The translations under genes and the position numbers were made by a program. From Craspedostauros australis (taxonomy: Eukaryota), in contig JALAGF010003681.1 in assembly GCA_030167865.1 (NCBI GenBank), forward strand, positions 1-41,047: a stretch of 41,047 bases of DNA, in the 5' to 3' direction. Shown one piece after another: positions 11,591 through 22,024 of this stretch; within the stretch, counting starts at the first letter, position 1; each line of letters opens with the position of its first letter. The notes beneath the pieces were generated by a model that saw nothing but the letters and a program-made list of their open reading frames with translations, was not told where the DNA came from and searched no databases.

Positions 11591-12133
11591 ATGGCATCGG
11601 ACGACCAGGAAACGGCCGTTGCGGAGACCGACAGCAGCACGTCCGCGCTGCGAGACAACATCACGCGCAAGGGAAAGAACGCGTACTACTTCGCCCACGC
11701 GAAGACGGCGAACGGCCCCGCGTGGGACGGCAAGGCAGAGCCCAAGCTGCTCCGCAAGGGAGATGCGCCTCTCACGGCGCGCGCTGCATCCTTCGACATC
11801 CACAAGAGCAGCATCACGTCGTACGCATTCTCGGATGAAGGCAAGAACGTCCGCCTGTACATCGCTCTCGAGGGCATCGGCCAGTGCTGCAGCGATCAGG
11901 ACGTCGCGCTGGATCATTCTGCGACCTCCTTCTGCTTGCTCATCAAGAACTACGAGAAGGAAGGCAAGAAGGAGGACAAGTGCCTGGCATTCAACAAGCT
12001 CACTGCCACGATCACCAATGCCAAGTTCAAGCTCAAGCAGGATCGCGTCGTCTTGACGTTGACGAAGGAGGATCCGGACAATGAATGGCTCACCATCAAT
12101 GACAAGGGATCACCCGACCACGAGGTTCTATAG
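11591..12133 (+). CDS. CS (p23/CHORD-SGT1)-domain co-chaperone-like protein, 180 aa
   Basis: Single-exon ORF with strong coding bias. CS beta-sandwich pattern ITSYAFSDEGKNVRLYI...SFCLLI...KLTATITNAKFKLKQDRVVLTLTK...W. N-terminal NAYYFAH motif. Confidence 0.75.
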   Translation: MASDDQETAVAETDSSTSALRDNITRKGKNAYYFAHAKTANGPAWDGKAEPKLLRKGDAPLTARAASFDIHKSSITSYAFSDEGKNVRLYIALEGIGQCCSDQDVALDHSATSFCLLIKNYEKEGKKEDKCLAFNKLTATITNAKFKLKQDRVVLTLTKEDPDNEWLTINDKGSPDHEVL

Positions 12134-12580
12134 CACCTTGCATGCTGGCAATAGTACAATCCTCGTGCTATTGGATCATACGACAATTAGAGAGAAGGAG
12201 AGTTGCTGCATTGCGCATGGGACGATCGTGAAGAACATATTTCCACGTTCCGTTCGTGGGCGATACTCGTACTCAGGAACGAATGAGGATGGTGTGGGAC
12301 GCGACTGCGCCTGCATCCGTTCAAGCTGGTCTATTTTTTAGACGGACCTGCATGCGCGGATAAAGACGCAAATGTGCGTGAATGTACCATACGCACTACT
12401 ATTACATTACGTCATGAATCGCAGGAGCGGGGGCCGGAGTACGTACGATGGCATGTAGATTAAGGAATGGCTGAGCCAACGAAATAGGCTCACCATTTGC
12501 TTTAGACGACGAGCGCGCATCTCTCTCCTCCTGCTTCGCGCAATAGCATGATCCATCGCTGCAGAGTGCACACGACGCAT

Positions 12581-14304
12581 TCAGCAACCTTTCACGTTGT
12601 TCGTCTTGAAGTCACGCTGATGGATCCAAGCATTGGCGCCGTACTTGACGCCACGGATGACGGGCATGGCCTCGTGGTCGGTACGGCGATCCACGGCATT
12701 CGGATCCGAGTCCAACACGCTGGGCCAGAGAGCGGCGCGGCCAAGCTTCGGTGTCACTGTCACGTTCAGCTTGGGGAATCGTGTGCCGCCTCCTTCTTCC
12801 ACGTCGTTGAGATACATGTCTGCCAACGTAGACAAAACGCAATATGGATACAAGAGGGATCGTGTGTCAGTTGGTCTTGCATGATCGGTAGGTGCGTATG
12901 CTTCGTTCAAATGTGTGTGACCCGATCGACCCCGAAAACAGAACTCGGAGCAGTCGTCAACGCCACAACAACATTCATCCACTCGTCGCTGGTGCTTACA
13001 GAAAGTCAGGACGCGCACACCCGTGGGACGCTTGACTTGATAGTCAATGTAGTCGGTGTGCGTGTTGTAGAATTGATTCTTTTCGTATTGCAACAGCTGC
13101 AAGTTCTCGCTGTTGACTTCCGGAATGCCGGTGATGTCTTCGATGCGTTGCATGATGCGTTGCGCGACAGGATCTTCGTAGCATTCGTCCAAGCACCAGG
13201 CGTTGGTGGACGTGCGTCCCGAGTAGGTCTTGCGGGTGTAGGTGCCGTCCGCGAGCTTCTTACCAACATCGGCGCTACGCTCGTACCCGAGCTCGGCACC
13301 AAAGTTGATGAGAACCTGCGCCTCGACGGCGTTGATGACATTTTCGAACATGAGCAACCATGGGCCCTCCGGTGGACGCGAGACGACGACCGGCTCGAAC
13401 TTCTCAAACTCGGGTGACGAGATGATGCGTTCGAAGAGACGGTTCACATCACCGGGGTACAGGGCATCCGGAACGGCTGGATCCATCGGGCAGCGTGTGT
13501 CGATGTGCAACATTTCGCAGGATTTGCACACCGGTGCGCAATTCACCTTCATGTAGCCTGGGTTGGTTGATTGGTTAGTTCGTTGGTTGTTGTGATAATG
13601 GGTGACGAATGTGTGTGTATGTGTGTGTATGTGTGCGCGTGTGTGCGCGTGTGTGTGTGGCGAAGGAAAGAGTGCAATAGAAGGTAGCAGAACAATGCAC
13701 AGTTGTGGATTCGGTGAGATGATCAGACCATGTGCGCGAGCACGCAAGACAATGCACGGCCAAACCACGCTGAAAACCTCCGAATGATTCGGACGTTGAA
13801 CTCACCTGGATTCTTCTCGCATTCGCCAATGATGCTCCAGAATGCACAACTCTCGTGCTTGTTCTGACAAAGGGACCGGACGGACTCGTACTTGTCATCG
13901 TGGTGGACGACAGTCTCCATGTACTCCGTCGCCTCTTCCAAACGCTCCAGGATGTCCTCTCTATACTTGGAGTCCAAGTGCTGCGGCATGCCCAGATTGG
14001 ATCCAGTTGGATCGATATTCACCCTTGGCGCTGGCGTGGACAGAGACGCCTCGCTGGTCGCCTCGGAATTTTCTTCGTCGAAGTCTTGAATGACGTTGCA
14101 CGTCGTTTGGGGGAGCGCGGCTTGGGCAGTGTCGTTGCTTCCGGAGTCAAGCATCGTGCCGTCGATCGACGCGGTGGTATTGTAATCCAATGGATTCAAA
14201 CAGAGCTGCGCGTGATGGTCGCCGCCGACTGCCCCGTGCAGACTGCACGCGATGATGCATCCGACGCCGAGGAGGGCGCCATGGGAAGTGAGTTTGTAGT
14301 TCAT
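12581..14304 (-). CDS. P4H: Secretory-pathway prolyl 4-hydroxylase (2OG-Fe(II) dioxygenase) with a ShKT domain; exons 14304-13806, 13557-13000, 12819-12581, about 431 aa
   Basis: Hydrophobic N-terminus. ShK-type CQNKHESCAFWSIIGECEKNPG|YMKVNCAPVCKSC. P4H motifs RTSTNAW, ENLQLLQY, HTD (HxD), YLNDVEEGGGTRFP, HEAMPV, GVKY. Both introns are GT-AG and in frame (1296 nt total). Confidence 0.9.
13610..13658. repeat. Imperfect (TG/CA)n microsatellite in P4H intron 1
   Basis: gtgtgtgtat gtgtgtgtat gtgtgcgcgt gtgtgcgcgt gtgtgtgt. Confidence 0.8.
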
Positions 14305-15459
14305 CGTGGTCCAGAGGGAGAGATCTTGTTTGTTCGTTTTGCTTGTTTGGCTTTGTTCCGGTTTGATTCAGCTTGGTGTTGCTTTGTTGTTTCCTCCGTA
14401 CTTGCACGGGTGTGGTGCGTCTAGGCAATTCCTTGCTGTTGGATGTTTTATGAGTGAAACGAAAGGATCCTTGCAGAAGTGCATCGCAATTGCACGATCC
14501 TGCCTGCGATTGCGTGGGTGGAAGAGGCAATCTTGTCAAATGTCATGGACCCCAGCCAACGAGGGAGGGCCCAAGGGCGAAGACAACACACAAGAGACAT
14601 GCAACATCACAACCAGAAGCTGAACCAAGATCAACCAATGACCGAGAAGGAATCAAATCACTAAAGCAACGTGAGGCGCAACGCGCAGCCGTACTCGCAT
14701 ACAGTGGACAATGATGGCCCTCCCTTCGCGTTGGGCGGACCATCTATGGCCATTGACGATGAAACGAGAAGCATCGCGAAATATTTGAAGAACGCACTTC
14801 TCGTTTTCTTCGCACAATGCCGACAACTGCGCAATCAGAGCAAACATGGAGACCGTTGTTCCAGAAGCAACGGCAACGACGGCGACAACAGATCAACGGA
14901 AACAGCAACAGAGAGATGCAACACATCCATCGACGGCCCCCTCGTCTTGTTGGTTGCCGAACTCAGGCTTCGCTTCGCGTTGCGGTGGTTGGTTGGCGGA
15001 ATCGTGCGAGGAGGACTCGAAATTGTGACCATGTTCGTGTTGGCACGTTTGATGTTGTTCGCTTGTCTGATTCACGAACGGTTGATTCACGAGCGGACAA
15101 CAGAATCGCGGCATCAAGAAGGACACACAAACTTCCCAAACCACACAAGTCCCACCAAACGTGTCACGGAACACCACAGAAAGGCATCAGATCTTCCAGA
15201 TCGACAACCACCATGATGGGCCCGTTTCGGTCCACAATCCAGCGACACATTGCCATTGTTCTGAAGCATACCAATATTCTATAATAGTATCCAGAGTGCA
15301 GAGAGCATTGCACCATCCCCACTCCATCGCTGTTGCTTTCTCACGTACCAGCGGACAACTACTCAAAGAAGGAGCGACTTGCGCAGTGCATAGCAGAGCA
15401 GGTGAAGAGCAGGTACAGCAGGTGAAGAGCAGAGCAGACAGACGAGAGATAGCAACAGG

Positions 15460-17586
15460 ATGGCATCGAAAGGCGGCGGCGGAGGAAAGAACGGGATGGG
15501 CAAGGGCGCCCGCAAGCGCGGTGTGGATTCCATGATGACGACGTTCGGCAAGACGCTGCCCATCGGCCAGGAGGTGCGGTTCAAGCTCATCAAGGGGCCC
15601 TCGCACCAGCCCCAGGCAGATCCCGTGGATCCCAAGGCACCAGCGGAGGTGTTCCCGCTGATCGCCAAGTTCCCAGAGTCCGTCATGCAGCCCAACTTCC
15701 AAGCGACGCCGTGGAACACCGGCCGCTTGTACCAGCAGGACGTGCCGAAGGCTCAGGAGGACTCCGACGAGGAGGAATCCGCGGCCGCAGCGGAGGCGGC
15801 GATCAAGAAGAGGTGGAGGTCGCGCCGCAAGGACCCGCCCAAGCGGCGCTGGGTGCTGCAGGAGCAGGTGGACTTCCTGCAGACCATGATGGACAAGCGC
15901 CGCAGCGCGCCTGGAGCAGCCGGCAACGGGGGATCCGCTTCTGGTGCTGCAGGGAAGGGAGCGGAGACATCAACGCGCTACGAAGGCACGTCGGAGCACA
16001 ATACGTCCCAGTACATCATCCTCGAGCAGGCGACGGCATCACAAGCTGCGAACGGCGATGGCGATGCATCCAAGCGCATCCACGTCACCATCCTGCCGAC
16101 GCCCAAGGCGACGGTCCAATTCTCGCAGCCAGCTTCAAGGATGACGCTCTCGATGAGCCAGGCAGAACAGGCCATTGAAGATCAGCGTGGCAAGACGACG
16201 CGCTTCTTCATGCAGCAGCAGCAAAGGTTGGGGGCGGCCTCCACTGCAGCCAGAGTGCCGACGACCAACATTGCCAAGCTTACGGCCGGAGGTGGAAGCC
16301 GGTCTCGATTGTTCGGAAGGATGACCAACATGGAGAAGCTGCAAGCCGCGCGCACAGGGATGGATGACGGAGGCGACGGCGATGGCGGAGGCGGCGGCAG
16401 CGGCGGCGGTGCTGCCGCAGGAGGGCGTGCTGGAAATGCAAACGACGACGACGATGACGATATCATGGGCGACATCGCCTACCGCAATCGCAAGGGATCC
16501 GGCAAGAAGGCCCGCAAGGAGCTGCTCGACACGCTGGGCGACGCCGCCCTCAAGGTGGACCCGGACGGTGTGCTGGGCGGTGCCAACGACTCCGAGTTCG
16601 GCCGGGGCATGCGCTTCGGAAGATTCCAAAACACCGCCAAGGCCAACGCCGCCAATAAGAACAGCGACGACCCGAACGACAAGGATGGCAAGGCAGGCGC
16701 CGCCGCGGGTGGTTCCAACAGAGGAAATGATGGTCTGGCCATGCAGGATGACTTCTACCAGCGCGATGTGCAGGCAGAGTACGAAGAGCTGGATTACGAT
16801 GCCAACGAACAATTCGATGACGATGACGTCGACCTAGGTGAATCCGAGGTCGTCGTCGACGGTGGTGGATTTGGCGGTGGCGACGAAGACGAGGAGGACG
16901 ATGTGGATTCGGATGACATGGACGCGGGTGCGGTTGGTGGTGCCGAAGGCCTGGCCTCCCTGGCCGGTCTCAAGACCATGCTCGCCAAGGCACGCGGCGA
17001 GATCACGTCGGAGCAGATCGCAGAACAGCAGCAGCAGCAGGCCGAACGGGAAAAGCGTCTCATTGAGCGTGCTCGCCAGAATGGCAACGCCTACCTCAAA
17101 AACGATGCACCCGATCAGCTGGTCCAGATCGTGGAGGCTGCACAGGCAGCGCGCGACGCCAAGAAGGCACCCGGGGGCAGCAACGACGCGACCAACGCAG
17201 GTTCGTCGGATGCCATGCAGGTCGATCCATCGTCGACGCCATCAGCAGCAGCGAGCGGCGCCGATGGCAACGGTGCTGGTGCGCCGTCAGCCGCTGCAGG
17301 ACCCGGAGGGGCGAACAGAGCAGGACCGGCCAGCGGAATGAGCGACATCCGGTTGGATGAGAATGGACAGCGCATCATCGAGCTCCAATCGGTGCGTCGT
17401 GAGATCTGGCTGAATCACGGCCGCATCTACATGAAGCGTCTCATGAAGAAGTTCGACGTCAAGAAGCGATCGGCGCCGGAGCGGCAGAATCGGTTCCGCG
17501 AGGTCGTCAAGGAGCTCTGCACCATGGAATCGGACCCCATCAACGGACGCATGCTCGTGCTCAAGCAGCACTACTCCAACATGTAG
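15460..17586 (+). CDS. TFG1: Transcription initiation factor IIF alpha subunit (RAP74/Tfg1)-like, 708 aa
   Basis: Single long ORF with RAP74-like segments: PK.RW.L, YEG...TSQYIILE, F...ASRMTLSMSQAEQAIE (cf. YKTLTAEEAE), acidic ELDYDANEQFDDDD, and a C-terminal winged-helix-like VRREIW...MKRLMKKF...RFREVVKELC. Confidence 0.7.
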   Translation: MASKGGGGGKNGMGKGARKRGVDSMMTTFGKTLPIGQEVRFKLIKGPSHQPQADPVDPKAPAEVFPLIAKFPESVMQPNFQATPWNTGRLYQQDVPKAQEDSDEEESAAAAEAAIKKRWRSRRKDPPKRRWVLQEQVDFLQTMMDKRRSAPGAAGNGGSASGAAGKGAETSTRYEGTSEHNTSQYIILEQATASQAANGDGDASKRIHVTILPTPKATVQFSQPASRMTLSMSQAEQAIEDQRGKTTRFFMQQQQRLGAASTAARVPTTNIAKLTAGGGSRSRLFGRMTNMEKLQAARTGMDDGGDGDGGGGGSGGGAAAGGRAGNANDDDDDDIMGDIAYRNRKGSGKKARKELLDTLGDAALKVDPDGVLGGANDSEFGRGMRFGRFQNTAKANAANKNSDDPNDKDGKAGAAAGGSNRGNDGLAMQDDFYQRDVQAEYEELDYDANEQFDDDDVDLGESEVVVDGGGFGGGDEDEEDDVDSDDMDAGAVGGAEGLASLAGLKTMLAKARGEITSEQIAEQQQQQAEREKRLIERARQNGNAYLKNDAPDQLVQIVEAAQAARDAKKAPGGSNDATNAGSSDAMQVDPSSTPSAAASGADGNGAGAPSAAAGPGGANRAGPASGMSDIRLDENGQRIIELQSVRREIWLNHGRIYMKRLMKKFDVKKRSAPERQNRFREVVKELCTMESDPINGRMLVLKQHYSNM

Positions 17587-18136
17587 TCGTACTCTAGTAC
17601 TTGCTGCCATAGTCCTGCCATGTCTCGTCATGATGCATGACTCATGCGGTACGGTGATGCAAAAAAGTAGTATAGCCTTAGACGAAGTGACTGAAACAAC
17701 GATCAACAAATGAAAAGGTAAATGAATAAACAAGAAAGGATAGACCCATCCTGTGTGCTTCTCCAATGATCGCAATGAATCCGCACGATGCATGTATCCA
17801 TCCATGCGTCGAGGCATGTTGCTGGTGTTGGTGTTGATATTGTCACGTTGTGTGCTGTCACGCTGCGCGCTGTGCTAGTTTATTTCGCTCTATTTGTTGT
17901 CGCGATAGTTTGGTGAGTATGCGCTCGTGTTTGTTCGAAAGTGTTGTCCCCATCATCTATTGGTGTTGTTGGTTGTTGCTCTGTCATCGGTCGTGATTAT
18001 TGCTAACGTGGCCGACTGAATAAGGCATCATCACCTGGTACCTCGCACTCATTAACTCGGTGCGAGATGCTGGTTCATTGGTTTCATTCATCATCATTGT
18101 GCCGGCGGTGGCAGGAAGCTGTGTTCTGAGATCTGC

Positions 18137-20068
18137 CTACTTCTTGGAGAAGCCATGCAAGAAGCTTCTTGGCGATGTCACGAACAAGCTGCCGCTGGAT
18201 TGTTGGCGTTGCTTCTGCAAGCGCTCTTCATGGTAATAGTCTGGGGTGGCATTGTTGGACGACAACGGACCAATGTCCAAGGGCATGATGGATGGCCGGA
18301 TCTTGATGGAGCTGAGACCATCAATGATGGGTCCGATATTGCTGGCACTGTTGCTGCTGCCTGTGTTGCCGCTGGTGGTGGCAACGGTGGTGGTGTCCGA
18401 GACCAAAGATGCCGTGCGCGGAGGAACAAACTCGTATGGGTTGGAGGTTGGTTGATGGTTGCGCAAGGAACCACGGCTGGCGTATGATGATTGCAGTTGT
18501 GCCGAGGACTGCATCTGTGGCTGCGGTTGGCGGAATGCTCCGGGGTGAGCGAGATGTTGGTGGTAGGAGCTGTTGCTGCCGTTGTTGCTGTTGCTGTTGA
18601 TGATGGTGTTGGTGTTAGTGTTGGTATGAATAATGTTGTTTTGGCTGTTGTTGTTGCTGCTGTTGCCGTTGGTGCTGATAGCGGTGCTGGTGTTTGTGTT
18701 TCCGCTGCGGCTGTAGGCGCTGTTCGTGTTGGCAGAGGTGAGTGATGTCATGAGACTGGTCACGGACGAGTCGTTGCGGTACTGTTGGGTTGGGTAGGTT
18801 CCTGGATGAAAGGGATTCGCTGCCACGGGGAAAGCAGCTGGTTGCTGCTTCGATGGGCGCTGGAACGAGGAAGAAGGATTGGAAGGGCCGGATGCAAGCG
18901 GAGGAGGCATCACGTACGACGGCGCCGATGCTGATGCGGAAGACAGGCTGCTGGAAGACTTGCGGGTGCTGCCCAACCAGGTCAGTCCACCTCCTGTCGC
19001 TGGTTGCGCGTGACGGGAGCGAGAAGTGGCGAGCTTCAGGGCGTACGGGTTTGGACCAGTGGGAATAGACTCCGTTGCGAAAGCGTCAGCTGGCAATGGT
19101 GGCAGAATGGTGTCCTCACCGAAGCCACCACCGTTGGTGCTGTTGCTGCTGCCAGCGACTGGCGCTGCGGTGCCATTGTCGTTGTTGCTACTGCGAAGGT
19201 GCGAGCTGCCATCAAAACTGAACATCGTGTTCATCTTGCCTGCGCCAGGGTTTGTCTGCATCGAGAAAGTCTCAGAAGGCGGCAAGGATGGAAGGATCGC
19301 GCCATCGGCAGCGAAATCAGAAGAGTCGGAATAGGACCGAGGCACATCGGGAAAATCGTATCCTGCTTGTCCCAGTGGTTGCAAGATGCTGTGGCTGCCG
19401 TGAACCATGTTGTTGTAGTTGTAGTTGCCCACGGGAATGTTCGGAAGACAGTCAAAGGGTTCCGTGGAGCTGTTGGAGTAGGAGGAAGACGAGACACTGT
19501 CCTCGCCGTTCGACACCTTCCTTGGGTATTCGACTCCCGCTGCGGACATCGGATGAACCCCTGACATACCCTCAAAATTCGAAGGCGGTGCTTCACGCTC
19601 CTCCTGCGACGATCGCTGGTACGCACTGGAGTATGGCTGTCTCTCAGCCTTGGACATGGTTCGTTTCCCCGCCGCGTAGTGCGACTGCTTGCCACCAGTC
19701 GCGGTGGACAAGGATGATGCGGCAGATGCGGAGGCCCCCTTCTGCTTCGCCAGAAGCTGCTTCGCCTTCTCGGCACTGTTCTTCCTGCGACGCGAGCTTC
19801 CGCCGCGGCAACCGCGTGGGCGGTGGCTCCGACGGCGTGTCGGCTTCGACCCCGCGGTCGATCCCGAATTGTTGGTGTCCACATGTGAGCGGTGCCTGTC
19901 TTCGCCGTTCCCAGGTGCATTTCCCCCAGTCATCGTGCCGTTGACGTTGCTTCCGCTGCGGTTGGACATGTGAGTGTCACACATCGTACCCCGGTTGTGC
20001 TGCATGTATGCATGAGCCCCCTGAGTTGTTGCTTGTTGGACTGTCGCCGACATCGATTGATACGCCAT
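18137..20068 (-). CDS. Hypothetical intrinsically disordered S/N/Q/P-rich protein, 643 aa
   Basis: Uninterrupted 1.9-kb ORF from an ATG. Low complexity, with a basic RRRSHRPRGCRGG..RRRK segment and a terminal SLFVTSPRSFL. No recognisable domain. Confidence 0.7.
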   Translation of the reverse strand: MAYQSMSATVQQATTQGAHAYMQHNRGTMCDTHMSNRSGSNVNGTMTGGNAPGNGEDRHRSHVDTNNSGSTAGSKPTRRRSHRPRGCRGGSSRRRKNSAEKAKQLLAKQKGASASAASSLSTATGGKQSHYAAGKRTMSKAERQPYSSAYQRSSQEEREAPPSNFEGMSGVHPMSAAGVEYPRKVSNGEDSVSSSSYSNSSTEPFDCLPNIPVGNYNYNNMVHGSHSILQPLGQAGYDFPDVPRSYSDSSDFAADGAILPSLPPSETFSMQTNPGAGKMNTMFSFDGSSHLRSSNNDNGTAAPVAGSSNSTNGGGFGEDTILPPLPADAFATESIPTGPNPYALKLATSRSRHAQPATGGGLTWLGSTRKSSSSLSSASASAPSYVMPPPLASGPSNPSSSFQRPSKQQPAAFPVAANPFHPGTYPTQQYRNDSSVTSLMTSLTSANTNSAYSRSGNTNTSTAISTNGNSSNNNSQNNIIHTNTNTNTIINSNSNNGSNSSYHQHLAHPGAFRQPQPQMQSSAQLQSSYASRGSLRNHQPTSNPYEFVPPRTASLVSDTTTVATTSGNTGSSNSASNIGPIIDGLSSIKIRPSIMPLDIGPLSSNNATPDYYHEERLQKQRQQSSGSLFVTSPRSFLHGFSKK

Positions 20069-20881
20069 CGCTACTGTGTTGGTTGGCTGATTGGATGGTT
20101 GATAAACTTATTGATAGATTGAGGTTGCTGATCAACGTTGCTGCTTCAAGTGTCTTCCCAACTCGTGCTTTGGAGTTCAGTGGCTTTGGTGGATGTGAAG
20201 ACGTGAGGGGTGAAGGAAACTCTTTTGTGTCCCCAATCGGTTGATGTCTTGTTGTTCGGCACGAGCGATGGCGTTGTAATGTTGCTGCTGCATGTGGCTT
20301 GATGTTCATCACAGGTGATGGCACCAAAATGCGATGCACAATGATGACCATGGACGGCATCATATCGCGAGAAGTTGATCATGATTGTTCATGAAGCTCA
20401 CATGAAGTTTGTTGTTGATGATTGATTTGGTGAGATCCTGATTTCGTGATGGGTGATTGGCATCGACATGTTGGCGACTGGATTTTGTGGCGATGGTTTC
20501 GTTGGCTTGCTTGTATTCATGTGTGAAACATGATGCGGGCGCGTGTGTATATTTATTATTCATGTACGAATAAACTTAATATTGTTCGTATGAGGACACG
20601 TTTCATTCACGATTGCTGTCTTGTGCTGGGACATCTGTCCTTCGTCAGTTTGGCGCCAAAAAGGCGAAGTCCGCGTACAACACATCACAAACAACACAGT
20701 GAAGGATACAGATGGCACAAGAGACCCACGCAAAGAACATGTGATGATCTCCCCAACCACTTGCCGCGCGTCTCGGACATCCCCTCCGCTCGAACAAGCG
20801 CAGTTCCCTACTGCTATTGTATAATACTATACACGTAGTTGCATTGGCGGCTCCACCTGGTGTCCAAGGACGACGAACACG

Positions 20882-21700
20882 ATGAGCAAACTCTGCGATT
20901 ACTCCAAGTTCGATCACCTCGACGAGAACGACCCCGACGATGAACAGGATCGTGATCATGGACATGCAAGGCGCTCGCAAGTGTCCGGCGAACCGAACGA
21001 GGCAACAGCGCAAGCATCGCCGTCAACCATGAATGAGCGGTTGAAAAGCGGCATCTCCCCGTTCACGCCTCCAGCGGCAACAAAGACGACAGCAGCCCCT
21101 GCCTCGACGCCACAGCCATCACAAACGAGGCTCCGAAAGGACGAACGCAGCGGGCGCTTCGTGTTCGAGTACAACAACCAGAAGGTGTACGAGTTTGAGC
21201 AGACGTTGGATGATGTCACGATTTACGTGTCACCGCCACCGTTCATCCAGAGCGCGAAGCAGCTCAAGTGCAGCATCGAGGCAAGACATTTGAGGTTGGG
21301 CTTGCAAGGCAGTGAGCAATGGTTCATCAATGAAGACACATACGGCCTCGTCGATGTTTCCGAGTCCACGTGGAGTTTGGAGGATGATGACAGCAGCAGC
21401 GAGAGCATCAGTGAGAGCAACCGGAAGAACAACAACAGAAACAAGTCCCAAGCGAATGAAGCTCAAATGAAGAGCATGGTCATCTACCTCGCCAAGGCCA
21501 AGCGCGGTGAGCTGTGGGAGACGGCGCTGAAGGGTGCCGCAGGCAAGGTCATGAACGTCCAAGCGAAGGAGGAGATGCGCAAGGAGCTGCTGCTGGAGAG
21601 ATTCCATGAGGAAAATCCTGGCATGGACTTTCGCGATGCAACCTTCAATGGGGAAGTGCCAGATGCGCGGACGTTCATGGGAGGCGTCAACTACTCCTGA
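20882..21700 (+). CDS. NudC-family CS-domain protein (NUDCD2-like), 272 aa
   Basis: FEQTLDDVTIYV...ESTWSLED CS domain, plus C-terminal LLLERFHEENPGMDFRDATFNG, which matches the NudC/NUDCD2 C-terminal motif (LERFQ.ENPGFDFSGA). Confidence 0.8.
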   Translation: MSKLCDYSKFDHLDENDPDDEQDRDHGHARRSQVSGEPNEATAQASPSTMNERLKSGISPFTPPAATKTTAAPASTPQPSQTRLRKDERSGRFVFEYNNQKVYEFEQTLDDVTIYVSPPPFIQSAKQLKCSIEARHLRLGLQGSEQWFINEDTYGLVDVSESTWSLEDDDSSSESISESNRKNNNRNKSQANEAQMKSMVIYLAKAKRGELWETALKGAAGKVMNVQAKEEMRKELLLERFHEENPGMDFRDATFNGEVPDARTFMGGVNYS

Positions 21701-22024
21701 TTCCAGAACTGCGCCGTATCAAACATGCTACAGCACCATACCAACTACTACGTGCCAGGAGACAGTCGTGAAAGAGAACTCTTGTACGAGGCAGGTCCAC
21801 GCATGCTCCAGCCCTGGTGGACTATGCTGGTACACACCAGCATGACTTTGCTACTCGATTCAACAAGAGGAGCTGCGTGCTTTCGCCATTAACACCACGG
21901 GCAGAAGAAAACAACACAACTCTACATCACACCTATCTTACCGTGTATTCCAGAGAGCATGTATTTATGTTGACATGAGTATGGCGCTGTGATAAAGATT
22001 AACTTTCGCTTCTATGAGCATTCT

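Noticed and set aside
14671..15284. Overlapping 181-aa and 155-aa plus-strand ORFs upstream of the TFIIF alpha-like gene
   Set aside because: No homology cues; composition typical of the intergenic and UTR sequence in this window.
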